NCBI GenBank assembly: GCA_963813535.1
Contig: CAWEZH010000002.1
Coordinates: 416,001 to 480,000 of the forward strand
Direction of reading: 5' to 3'
DNA length: 64,000 bases
Origin: an uncultured Chloroflexia bacterium
GTDB taxonomy: Bacteria > Chloroflexota > Limnocylindria > Limnocylindrales > CSP1-4
Shown: piece after piece, positions 11,401 to 21,100 of the stretch
Layout of the letters: every line of letters begins with the position of its first letter
Position numbering within the stretch: position 1 is the stretch's first letter
Translations under genes and position numbers: made by a program
The notes under the pieces: generated by a model
Databases searched by the model: none
The model's input: the letters and a program-made list of their open reading frames with translations, nothing else
Told to the model about the DNA's origin: nothing

Positions 11401-12081
11401 GGCACTGGCGTCGACTCCATCACGGGCGTCGTCACGCTCGATACCGCGTCGCCGATCCACGGCACGGCATCGGCCCGGGTCGCCAACACGACGGGCTACC
11501 TCCAGGAGGGATTCCCGGCGACGGCGGACACCTTCGTGACCGCGCGAGTCCGCCTCGTGGCGACACCCACCGGCTCACCCCGCATCCTGATGCTGTCGAA
11601 CGGCGGGACGACGGTCGGCAACCTCACGCTGAGCACCGCGCGCCGGCTGCGGCTGCGCAACGGCTCGACCGCGGTCGGCGCCGAATCCACCCCGCTCCAG
11701 ATCGGCAGCACGTACCTCATCGGCCTTCGCCAGACGCGTGGCACCGGCGGGAATGCGGTCCTCGGTGCCTACATCGCGCCCGACGGCACGACCTTCGGGG
11801 CGCCCTTCGCAAGCCTGACGACGGGGACATGGACGACCTCGGCCGACAGGATCCGCTTGGGCGCGACCAATGGCACGGCCGTCAACCTGACCATGGACGA
11901 CGTGCTCATCGCGAGCGGCGGTGTCCCGGCTCCGGTCGCGGCGGCGGGCGGCGCCATCGTCCTTGCCGCCGCGGTCCCGGGATCGGCGTACGCGTACGCC
12001 AGGGTCGCCACCTGGACCGGCGGCGCGTCGGTCGGTGAGCCCGTCTTCACGTTCTCCTGTCCGGTGTCGCGGGTCGCCTGA
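8445..12081 (+). CDS. Secreted copper radical oxidase (AA5/galactose oxidase-like, Kelch plus DUF1929) with 3 CarboxypepD_reg-like repeats, a DNRLRE/CBM96-like module, a PT linker and a C-terminal beta-sandwich; +1 indel near 8580
   Basis: LHCAG (Cys), RWY (Tyr), RMYHS (Tyr-His) and ATHA (His) ligand motifs; YSPPYLF; the signal peptide is in another frame (8445-8580) and joins the main ORF if one C is removed. Confidence 0.85.
11173..11345 (+). repeat. Pro-Thr low-complexity linker-coding repeat
   Basis: Degenerate CCNACN hexamer run encoding (PT)n. Confidence 0.9.
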
Positions 12082-12116
12082 CCGGTCGGTGCGGCGGCCG
12101 GTAGACTTGGGCCTCC

Positions 12117-15100
12117 GTGACCCTCGCGCCCAACGATTTCGCCCACCTCCACGTCCACTCCGAGTTCAGCCTGCTCGACGGCCTGGGCCGGATCACCGAG
12201 CTGGTCGATGCGGCGGCCGCCCAGGGTATGGACTCGATGGCCCTGACGGACCACGGCGCGCTGTATGGGGCGGTCGCCTTCTATCAGGCGGCGAAGAACA
12301 AGGGCATCAAGCCGATCATCGGCGTCGAGACCTACGTCGCGCCGCGGTCCATGACATCGAAGGAGGGCAAGGCCGACAGCCAGCCCTTCCACCTGATCCT
12401 GCTCGCCAAGGACTACGCGGGCTACCAGAACCTCTGCCGGCTCGCGACCGACGCCCACGTCGACGGCTACTACTACAAGCCCCGCATCGACCACGACCAT
12501 CTCGCCAGGTATAGCGCCGGGCTGATCGGCCTCTCGGCGTGCCTCGGCGGCGAGGTCGCCAAGGCCCTCGAGGTGGAGGACTGGGACCTCGCGAGGAGCG
12601 TCGCCGGCCAGTACGGCGACATCTTCGGCAAGGACGGGTTCTTCCTGGAGCTCCAGGACCATGGCCTCGCCGAGCAGACGAGGCTCAATGGTCAGCTGCT
12701 GCGACTGGCCGGAGAGACGGGCCTGCCACTCGTCGCGACCAACGACCTCCACTACGTGCGGGCCGAGCAGTCCGAGGCGCACGACGTGCTGCTCTGCGTC
12801 GGCACGGGTAACAACCTCGACACGCCGGGTCGGCTCAAGTTCGAGACCCACGAGTTCTACGTGAAGTCGGCCGCGCAGATGGCGGCCCTGTTCCCCGACC
12901 AGCAGGAGGCGATCCTGGCCAGCCGGCGGATCGCGGAGATGACCGACGTCCAGCTGCCCCTCGGGCAGCTCCGGATCCCGCATTTCCCGGTGCCCGACGG
13001 CGAGACGGTCGAGTCGTGGCTGCGCAAGGAGTGCCAGGCCGGCCTGGAGCGCCGCTACGGGAGCGTCACACCGGAGCTCCAGGAACGGCTCGACTACGAG
13101 CTCGGCGTCATCACCTCGATGGGCTACGCCGGCTACTTCCTGATCGTGGCCGACTTCATCCGCTTCGCGCGCGAGCAGGGTATCCAGACGACCTGCCGCG
13201 GGTCGGCTCCGGGCAGCATCGTCACGTACACGCTGGGCATCACACCCGTCGACCCGATCCTCTACCAGCTGCCGTTCGAGCGGTTCCTCAACCCCGACCG
13301 CGTGACGATGCCCGACATCGACGTCGACTTCGAGGACGGACGGCGCGACGAGGTGATCGCCTATGTCGGCCGCAAGTACGGCCAGGACCACGTCGCCCAG
13401 ATCATCACGTTCGGCACGATGCTTGCCCGGGCCGCGATCCGGGACGTCGGCCGGGTGCTGGGGCACTCCTATGGCGAGGTCGACCGTATCGCGAAGGCCG
13501 TCCCGAACCAGCTCGGTATCAAGCTCGAGGAAGCCCTGCAGATCAGCCCCGCGCTCCGCGAGCAGGTCGATGCCGACCCCGCCGTCAAGCGGATCATCGA
13601 TTTCGCCCACCACCTCGAAGGCGTCGCCCGTAACGCATCGACGCATGCTGCCGGGGTCGTGATCAGCCGCGAGCCGCTGACCGAGCTGATGCCGCTCCAG
13701 AAGGCGACGAACTCGGACTCGCTGATGACGCAGTACGAGATGCACGCCATCGAGGCGCTCGGGCTGCTGAAGTTCGACTTCCTCGGTCTCTCGAACCTGA
13801 CCATCCTCCGTCAGGCGGTGGATCTCGTCCGCGACAACCGCGGCGTCGAGATCGACCTCGACGCGATCCCGCTGGACGACGCGCCGACATTCGAGCTGCT
13901 GGCGTCGGGTGAGACGACGGGCATCTTCCAGCTCGAGTCGCCAGGCATGCGGCGGTATGTCCGCGAGTTGCGTCCGACGTCGGTCTACGACCTCGCGGCC
14001 ATGGTTGCCCTCTACCGGCCCGGGCCGATGGACAACATCCCTGCGTACATCCGGCGCAAGCACGGCCAGGAGCCGGTCACGTACCTGCACCCGCTCCTGG
14101 AGCCCTACCTGGAAAAGACCTACGGGATCTTCGTCTACCAAGAGGACATCATGGCCGCGGCGATCGCCCTGGGTGGCTTCACAGGCCCCGAGGCCGACAC
14201 GCTCGGCTACGCGATCCGCAAGAAGAAGTCGAGCGTCCTTCGCGCCCAGAAGGAGAGGTTCGTCACCCAGGCCGCCGAGCGCGGGGTCGAGCCCAAGGTC
14301 ATCGACGCCGTCTTCACCGCCTTCGAGCCGTTCGAGCGGTACGGGTTCAACAAGGCCCACGCCACCTGCTATGGCCTGATCGCCTACCAGACCGCCTACA
14401 TGAAGGCGAACCACACGGTCGACTACATGGCCGCGGTGCTGACGGCCTTCCGCGCGAACGAGGAGAAGGTCGCGGCGGCCGTCGCCGAGTGTCGCCGCAT
14501 GGCCATCGAGGTCCGACCGCCGGATGTCCACGCCAGCCACCTCGAGTTCACGGTCGAGGGTGACGCGATCCGCTTCGGGCTGCTGGCGGTGAAGAACGTC
14601 GGACAGGGGGCGATCGAATCGATCATCGCGGCCCGAGCCGAGGGCGGTGAGTTCGTGTCCCTCACCGACTTCTGCACCCGCATCGACCTTCGGCTTGCCA
14701 ACCGCAAGGTCCTCGAAGCGCTCATCAAGGTCGGCGCGCTGAACGGGTTCGGCCATCCCGCGCAACTCCTCCTCGGCCTCGACGACGCGATCAACGCGGC
14801 GCAGGCGACACAGCGCGACCGGATCACCGGTCAGACCTCGCTCTTCGACATGGGCGCAGCCGACGCGCTTGCGTTCGAGCGTCCGCTGCCGGCGGCGACC
14901 GAGGTCCCCGTCCGCGAGCGCCTGCGCTGGGAGAAGGAGCTGCTCGGGCTCTACCTGTCCGAGCACCCGATGGGCGAGGTCGCCGAGCAGGTCGGCAGGT
15001 TCGTGAACGCGTATTCCGGTGACCTCAAGGACGAGACGCTCGACGGGCAGCGGGTCGTCGTCGGCGGCATCGTGACCGCCCAGCGCATCGTCATCACCAA

Positions 15101-15914
15101 GCGCCAGGAGTCGATGGCCATCGTGACCATCGAGGATCTCCAGGGGTCGATCGAGGTCGTCGTGTTCCCCCGGATGTTCGAGACGACGCGGCCCCTGCTG
15201 CGGGACGGCGCGATCCTGCTCATCGCCGGCCGGGTCGACCACAAGGGCGAGGAGGTGTCGCTGCTCGCCGACCTCATCGCCGACTGGGACGACGCCGCGG
15301 CACGCGGACCGGACGAGTTCGCCCGCGACGTGGCGGCGGGCGACCGGGGTGGCCGCAATGGCTCGTTCCGGCGGACACCCATCGCAGTCGGCCCGGGCCC
15401 TGGTCCCGCGATCGTCGCCGAGCCGCGGCCCGCCTTCGTCTCCGCGCGTCGGGACGCCGAGGACGGGAACGGGGCGGCCGGCCCGCCCGCCTCGATGCCG
15501 CGGATCGAGCCCGGCGTGCCGGTGCCGACCTACATGGAGGCACCGGGGGCCGCGGCCGGATCGAACGACGACGGACCGGATGAGCCGGCCGTGCCGGACG
15601 AGGCGCGGGCGCGGATCGTCGGAGACGCGACAGCCGACGCGCCGGTCGCGGCCGGACCTGGAGCCGTGCTGCACGTGCGCTTCGAAGGCGGCGCCGGCCC
15701 CGATCGGCTGATCCGCGCCATGGAGACCGTGAGGCTGCTCCTGCGTGACCGACCGGGAGGCACGCGGGTCGTCCTGCACGTGCCCGCAGCGGGCGGCGGA
15801 GAGGCGCTCCCCATGGAGCTCCGCTGGGGCGTGGCGTACGACGCGGAGCTACTGGCCGAGGTGCGACGCCAGCTCGGCGACGGCCTGGTCGAGCTGCGCC
15901 TGATCACTGCCTAG
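12117..15914 (+). CDS. dnaE: DNA polymerase III alpha subunit
   Basis: PHP motifs HLHVHSEFSLLDG and ALTDHG; RGSA, PDIDVDF, STHAAGVVI, KFDFLGL and YGFNKAHA; OB fold; no intein seen. Confidence 0.98.
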   Translation: MTLAPNDFAHLHVHSEFSLLDGLGRITELVDAAAAQGMDSMALTDHGALYGAVAFYQAAKNKGIKPIIGVETYVAPRSMTSKEGKADSQPFHLILLAKDYAGYQNLCRLATDAHVDGYYYKPRIDHDHLARYSAGLIGLSACLGGEVAKALEVEDWDLARSVAGQYGDIFGKDGFFLELQDHGLAEQTRLNGQLLRLAGETGLPLVATNDLHYVRAEQSEAHDVLLCVGTGNNLDTPGRLKFETHEFYVKSAAQMAALFPDQQEAILASRRIAEMTDVQLPLGQLRIPHFPVPDGETVESWLRKECQAGLERRYGSVTPELQERLDYELGVITSMGYAGYFLIVADFIRFAREQGIQTTCRGSAPGSIVTYTLGITPVDPILYQLPFERFLNPDRVTMPDIDVDFEDGRRDEVIAYVGRKYGQDHVAQIITFGTMLARAAIRDVGRVLGHSYGEVDRIAKAVPNQLGIKLEEALQISPALREQVDADPAVKRIIDFAHHLEGVARNASTHAAGVVISREPLTELMPLQKATNSDSLMTQYEMHAIEALGLLKFDFLGLSNLTILRQAVDLVRDNRGVEIDLDAIPLDDAPTFELLASGETTGIFQLESPGMRRYVRELRPTSVYDLAAMVALYRPGPMDNIPAYIRRKHGQEPVTYLHPLLEPYLEKTYGIFVYQEDIMAAAIALGGFTGPEADTLGYAIRKKKSSVLRAQKERFVTQAAERGVEPKVIDAVFTAFEPFERYGFNKAHATCYGLIAYQTAYMKANHTVDYMAAVLTAFRANEEKVAAAVAECRRMAIEVRPPDVHASHLEFTVEGDAIRFGLLAVKNVGQGAIESIIAARAEGGEFVSLTDFCTRIDLRLANRKVLEALIKVGALNGFGHPAQLLLGLDDAINAAQATQRDRITGQTSLFDMGAADALAFERPLPAATEVPVRERLRWEKELLGLYLSEHPMGEVAEQVGRFVNAYSGDLKDETLDGQRVVVGGIVTAQRIVITKRQESMAIVTIEDLQGSIEVVVFPRMFETTRPLLRDGAILLIAGRVDHKGEEVSLLADLIADWDDAAARGPDEFARDVAAGDRGGRNGSFRRTPIAVGPGPGPAIVAEPRPAFVSARRDAEDGNGAAGPPASMPRIEPGVPVPTYMEAPGAAAGSNDDGPDEPAVPDEARARIVGDATADAPVAAGPGAVLHVRFEGGAGPDRLIRAMETVRLLLRDRPGGTRVVLHVPAAGGGEALPMELRWGVAYDAELLAEVRRQLGDGLVELRLITA

Positions 15915-16384
15915 GATGAACAGCCCCTGCTTCTAGCGACACCAGCGAGCGAGATCGCCGAACAATCTTGAGGCGGGATTCCCGATGCTTGTCGTGTCTA
16001 CTGAGATGAGCAGAAGGCGCTCCGCTATGGTCTGGGATCGGGCCACAAGCTAATGCAGAAGGCCGGCACATGAGCAGGACGACCGCTCGCCGTGCCCTAC
16101 CCGGCGCAGCGAGTTACGAGGCTGAATGCGGGAGGATGGGTACGCTATCCGGCGACCATGTAGAATTCCATTCGCCACGCTCTCGCGGCCTTGACCTCTG
16201 TTGTCAGGTCGTTCGGACTTGTTCCGAGCGGTCCGCGGGCCCGATCAGGTCGGCAACCGACTCTGATCGCGTGTCCGGACGGTCAACAATCGCCCATCGC
16301 AGTGGTCGGGTCCCAGCCGCCCTCCCCGGACCTTTTCGTCCTTGTAGGCTCGGGGGACCGATGCCAATCTGAAGTTGGATTCGC

Positions 16385-16470
16385 GCAAGCCTCACGAACT
16401 GGCACACCCGCCGCGAGACGGGGCCGCAAAGCCACGGGACTCCCTGAGTCAGCCGGGTTGCCGAACGGAG
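16385..16470 (+). ncRNA. c-di-GMP-I (GEMM) riboswitch
   Basis: GGCACA-CCCGCC-GCGA-GACGGG-GCC-GCAAAGCC-ACGG-GACTC-cct-GAGTC-AGCC-GGGTTGCCGAA fits the GEMM consensus (GNRA loop, GCAAAG junction, second stem, GGGTTRCC); abuts GGAG and ATG 16480. Confidence 0.85.
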
Positions 16471-16479
16471 CGATCATCG

Positions 16480-17981
16480 ATGTTCTGGGATGGATCACAT
16501 TGGATCAGCGAATCTGCACCACCCCCGGTCAGACGTCACCGCCGCCGCCGTGACTGGCTGGCGACCGGGGTAATGGCGCTCGCCGTGGTGGGCACCTTCG
16601 TTCCACTTGTTGCAACGTCGGCGGCGGCTCCACCACCCAGCCGCCCCCTGATGAACGGTTGGTCATCGACATACCAAACCACCGTCCTCAGTGAGACGAG
16701 CAGGAGGCTCCGGTACAGCGGCAGCTGGAGGCGCGCGGATCACCCGGCCTACATCGGAGACCGCGTTCGTTCGTCCGACCAGAAGGGAGCCAGCGTCAGT
16801 CTCTCCTTCAGCGGAACTGGGGTGTCGTGGATCGGACCCGTGGGTCCCACGCGCGGCACTGCCTCCGTGTACCTGGACGGGCGTCGGATCAAGACGGTCA
16901 ACACGTACGGACGGCGGTTCATGCCGGCGCGTGTCCTGTTGCGGTTCACGTGGGACACCGTTCAGACGCATCGCCTCAAGATCATCGTCGCGGGCACGAC
17001 CGGTCACCCGACCGTCGCTGTGGATGCCTTCGTGGTCCGCGGTCGAAGTAAGCCGCAACAGGTGACGACCGACCCTGTGAATAGCGCACCGACCGCGGCC
17101 CCCACCCCCGCACCGACCGCGGCCCCCACCCCCGCACCGACCGCGGCCCCCACCCCCGCACCGACCGCGGCCCCCACCCCCGCACCGACCGCGGCCCCCA
17201 CCCCCGCACCGACCGCGCGCCCGTGGCGACCCCCGCACCGACGCCGCCCGTGGCGACCCCCGCACCGACGCCGCCCGTGGCGACCCCCGCACCGACGCCT
17301 AGGCTGACCTTCGACGCAGAGTGCGCCGGGTCGAGTCTTGATCCAGCTTTCCGCGCGCTTTACGGCCAGGGCGACCCAGGTTTCGGCCTCGACTCCGACT
17401 TCATGGCGGACCTGCGACAAGTATCCGTGGCGAACGGCCTCTGTACGATCACGGCGCAGCGCATGACGACCCCGATGGGTCGGCCATACGCGTCAGCATG
17501 CTTCGCCACGTTCGGCACGTTCGCACAGACGTACGGGACGTGGGAGGCGCGGCTCCGATATCCGGCCGGGCAAGGCGTCTGGCCCGCGTTCTGGCTCCTG
17601 CCGGTGGGCCAGAAGGGACCGTATCCCGAGATCGACATTCTCGAGGCCTATCCCGCTCCTCCAGGCGCGGGTGGCGGCTCAGGTGACAATCTGATCGTTC
17701 ATACGCTCCATTACGGCTTAGGCCTGAACCATCACACCGTCGTCGACATGGGCGGAAACATGACGACCGACTTCCATGTCTACAGGCTCGTCTGGACGCC
17801 AGGCAAACTCGTGTTCTCCGTGGACGGGCGAGTGACCAGCACCATCACGGCGAACGTACCGTCGACACCGATGTACCCGATCCTGAACCTCGCGATGGGC
17901 GCGCCGGGATATCGCGTAGACGGGACCACGCCTGACCGATTAGTCATGGACATCGACTACGTTCGGGTGTACTCGTCGTAG
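16480..17981 (+). CDS. Secreted GH16 glycoside hydrolase with an N-terminal galactose-binding-like beta-sandwich and TPAP linker; frameshift inside the linker (about 17214-17220)
   Basis: MFWDGSHW start after GGAG; RRDWL plus hydrophobic signal; WPAFWLLP and catalytic EIDILE; MDIDYVRVY end; the two ORFs join at the repeat junction. Confidence 0.85.
17086..17300 (+). repeat. Tandem repeats: 5x 24 bp (GCACCGACCGCGGCCCCCACCCCC) then about 3x 27 bp (GCACCGACGCCGCCCGTGGCGACCCCC)
   Basis: Exact units read directly; encode APTAAPTP and APTPPVATP. Confidence 0.95.
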
Positions 17982-18242
17982 GGTTTAGCGACACCCGAAC
18001 GGCCGTCCCGGCTGCCGCCCACACCGGTCCGGTCGTCGACACAGCTCAGACGGCTGAGCACGCTGCTGACACCGCCGCCGTCAACTCCATGGCCTGATAG
18101 ATACGGCGCTTCGCTGATGCGCAGCGCCGCTTCACCGAAGTTGGACTCGAACAGATCTGCACCGCAGAGCAGGCGGGACATGGCGTCGCGACGCCGAGTG
18201 CATCGTCTAAGAGCCCCACACCGGCGTCGAGTGATGGCTCGA

Positions 18243-18691
18243 ATGCTGCCACCGATCACGTCGGGATGACGTCTGTATCCCCTTGACGCCGTACGTATGG
18301 GCTACCAAACTGTACGCCTCGAGGGGGGAGCGCGCGACCCAGTCCCGTGCCCCAACCATCTGCGGACCAGGATCCGATGGCGACTCACCGTCGGGTCTTG
18401 TGGCCTATCTTCCAGCCGGGGGAAGTGGGTTCGATGGGGGTGACACGGAGGTCTCGCAGGGTCGGCGAATCGCCCATGATCGCGGTCGTTTGCGCCGGGC
18501 CCAGCCTGGGGATGAGCGTCGCGAATGACGCTGCCAGCCTGACCCTACCGACGCCCACCACGCTCCCAGTCCGTCGGGTCGAAAGCGCCCGGGCGAGGCT
18601 GCGTGATCGAATCGTGGGCGAGGGATCCTGACGATGGTAGCCGCCGTTGCTCCGGCCCGGGTGGGTCGGGTGATGGCGCGCGTCTTCACGC
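18243..18691 (+). repeat. Copy 1 of a ~450 bp non-coding direct repeat (putative promoter plus structured leader RNA)
   Basis: High identity to 23075-23536; TTGACG at 18283; several hairpins; upstream of a GT2 gene. Confidence 0.9.
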
Positions 18692-18760
18692 CACCGGCGC
18701 GCAATCTGGACGAATCGTCGATCGGTGACGGCGACCTCGCCCGTCTCCTCATCTAGGGCC

Positions 18761-19756
18761 ATGGTCGCTACCGCCGCTCCGGCAGCGCCACTCGTCCCGG
18801 TGTTCGATGATCGCCCCGCCTCTGACGCGAGGAACGTCCTCGTTGCAGTCCCAGCCCTGAATGAGGAGCGCTTCATTGGCAGCGTGGTGCACGGTGTGCT
18901 CCTCGAAGGGTTCCGATGCCTCGTCGTCGACGACGGCTCGTCAGATCGAACGGCGGCAATCGCGTCGGCGGCAGGGGCCATCGTCAAGCGGCACGATCGG
19001 AATCTCGGCAAAGCGGCTGCCCTGAACAGTGCCTTCGAGTACGCCCGCCGGAAGGGGGTCTTGGTACTGGTCGCGATGGACGGGGACGCGCAACACGATC
19101 CGCAACAGATCAAGGAGCTGCTCCGGCCGATCCGGGCAGGTCAAGCGGATATCGTCCTTGGCTCGCGCTTCCTTGCGCCGGAGGCGTCCGAACTCCCCCG
19201 CGTCCGCCGCCTCGGCGTGAAGGCTTTCACTGCGACGGCGAATATCCTGTCGGGTGTCCTTCTCACCGACTCGCTCAGCGGTTTTCGGGCATTCAATCGG
19301 TCAGCGATCGAGGCTATGCGCTTTAAGAGCGATCGCTTCTCCGTCGAATTCGAGATGCAGTTCATGGCACGGAACGGGGGCCTACGACAGGTGGAGGTTC
19401 CGATCAACACCAGTTACACCGATCCCCCAAAGCGAAACTCGGTGGGCTACGCGCTCAAGCTCGTCGATGGCCTGGTCCGACTAGTTGGACGCTACCGCCC
19501 GCTGCTATTTTTCGGCGTCCCGGGCCTGGCGTCTCTGGTCGTGGGAATCGTGATCGGCACGCTCGTCATCGACACCTATCAGCGCTCGCAAGAGTTGGCT
19601 GTCGGTCTGACTTTGGCCGCTGTGCTGCTTGTCATCCTCGGGGCTATTGCGGCGTTCGCCGCCGTTCTACTTCACGTCCTCCGTGCGATGTTCCTGGAGC
19701 TCGAGGCTGACATAAATGCGCTGTCGGCGACGGAAGGCCTTCCGTATCGAAGATAG
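18761..19756 (+). CDS. Glycosyltransferase family 2 (DPM1-like, two C-terminal TM helices)
   Basis: VPALNEE, VVDDGSSDRT, NLGKAAA, MDGDAQHDP, GSRF and DSLSGFRA motifs. Confidence 0.92.
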   Translation: MVATAAPAAPLVPVFDDRPASDARNVLVAVPALNEERFIGSVVHGVLLEGFRCLVVDDGSSDRTAAIASAAGAIVKRHDRNLGKAAALNSAFEYARRKGVLVLVAMDGDAQHDPQQIKELLRPIRAGQADIVLGSRFLAPEASELPRVRRLGVKAFTATANILSGVLLTDSLSGFRAFNRSAIEAMRFKSDRFSVEFEMQFMARNGGLRQVEVPINTSYTDPPKRNSVGYALKLVDGLVRLVGRYRPLLFFGVPGLASLVVGIVIGTLVIDTYQRSQELAVGLTLAAVLLVILGAIAAFAAVLLHVLRAMFLELEADINALSATEGLPYRR

Positions 19757-19829
19757 TCCGCGTGCAGGACGGGACGCTAACGGCGCCCATAACCCCGCCT
19801 TGGGCGCACGACCATCGTTGTTGTTGGCG

Positions 19830-20942
19830 ATGAAGTACGCGATGGCCCTCGACACGGCCGGGCGTCCGGGTTCCGATCGCGAGGATCGGAGCGATCCGGG
19901 ATGCACGCTGAGCATCTGCGTCCCGACATTCAACCGTCCGGTCCTCGTCCAACGAGCCATTCGCTCGATTCTCGAATCGGTGCCCGATCGCACGAGCGAC
20001 GTCGAGATCATCGTTTCTGACAACTCACCGGACGTCTCCGAGGACGCGTGCCGTCGGGCCCTCGGGGATTGGTCCGGAGATTCGCTCTACATCGGCAACC
20101 GTCCTGACATCGGGATGGCGGCCAACTTCAACCAATGCATCGCGCGAGCGTCGGGTCGGTTCATCCTCTTCGTTCACGACGACGACCGTCTCCTTCCGGG
20201 CGCCGTGCCCGCGATCCTGGACGCGCTGGCCGCTGGGGACGACCCCGCCCGGGTGCTCCTGTTCGGCGTCCACTTCGTCGACGCAGCGGGACGCATCCTC
20301 CGGCGGCAGGAATTCTGCCGCCAGGAGTGGGTCGGCCCGAGCGGTGCCCTTCAGCGACTGCTTTCTGACAACGGGCTCGCCTGGTTCCCGGGGATCGTCG
20401 TCAGCCACGACGCGTACGACTCCGTAGGCGCCTTCGACGCTGACGTCGGAAACGCGACAGACCTCGAGATGTGGGTCCGTCTGTTCTCGCGATTTGGTCT
20501 GCGATGCGTTCCGAGCACGATCAGCGCATATTCCGTCCACGCCGGTTCCGCCACCCAAACCACGGCGTTCGACAGTGCGGCCGTCGGGACGATCCAGGAG
20601 ATCTTCCAGCGCGCCCGGACCATGGCGGTCCTTCGCGCCGAGACGATCGATGGATGTCAGGCCCAGTTCCTCCCGCAGGTCATCCTCGGTTCAGCCGCCT
20701 TCAGCGCGCGGTCGGGCGACCTGGCAGGAGCCCGAAAGGTGATGGTCCTGTTCGACCTGCCGTCAGTCAGATCTCTTGGGCCGTCGCTGGCGTGGCTGCC
20801 GGTTCGATTGATCTTCTCCGTACTCGTCCGATGCCCGCCCGCCCTTGTACGCCCGTTGATGAGTTGGGTGGACCGTTTCGACCTGGTACAGCGCGTTCGA
20901 GCCGTTGGGAATCGCGGTCGCGGCGAGCTTCCTCTTTGCTAG
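19830..20942 (+). CDS. Glycosyltransferase family 2
   Basis: LSICVPTFNR, IIVSDN, GMAANFN, HDDD and DLEMWVRL motifs; start approximate. Confidence 0.88.
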   Translation: MKYAMALDTAGRPGSDREDRSDPGCTLSICVPTFNRPVLVQRAIRSILESVPDRTSDVEIIVSDNSPDVSEDACRRALGDWSGDSLYIGNRPDIGMAANFNQCIARASGRFILFVHDDDRLLPGAVPAILDALAAGDDPARVLLFGVHFVDAAGRILRRQEFCRQEWVGPSGALQRLLSDNGLAWFPGIVVSHDAYDSVGAFDADVGNATDLEMWVRLFSRFGLRCVPSTISAYSVHAGSATQTTAFDSAAVGTIQEIFQRARTMAVLRAETIDGCQAQFLPQVILGSAAFSARSGDLAGARKVMVLFDLPSVRSLGPSLAWLPVRLIFSVLVRCPPALVRPLMSWVDRFDLVQRVRAVGNRGRGELPLC

Positions 20943-21100
20943 CCCCACTGCCACCGCGGGCACTCGCAGGGAGCGATCAAGAAGCTCGGGTGCCGCGTCA
21001 TGACAGAGTCGGTTGAACCAAACTGGCTCTGCATTTCGCCCACGCGGCCGCGTGCGTCGCGTGTCGGACGGGACCGGGAGAGGCGGCTGGCGCGACGGAT

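Noticed and set aside
15290-15660. Insertion in the DnaE C-terminal region (and in PolA at about 46560-46800) as an intein
   Set aside because: Low-complexity Pro/Ala/Gly linkers without intein splice motifs or a homing endonuclease
11769-15779. 1336-aa minus-strand ORF, and similar long antisense ORFs over the ABC genes, uvrA, uvrB and polA
   Set aside because: Shadow ORFs caused by high GC3 on the coding strand; no recognisable motifs
17086-17300. Regular repeats as a possible CRISPR array
   Set aside because: Units are contiguous with no unique spacers, are multiples of 3 and encode a Pro/Thr/Ala linker; no cas genes in the window
18347-18631. Small ORFs inside the duplicated element (also 23129-23485) as a conserved peptide
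   Set aside because: Frame-breaking indels between copies upstream of the shared MIAVVCAG segment, different stops and no clear RBS; a short peptide cannot be fully excluded
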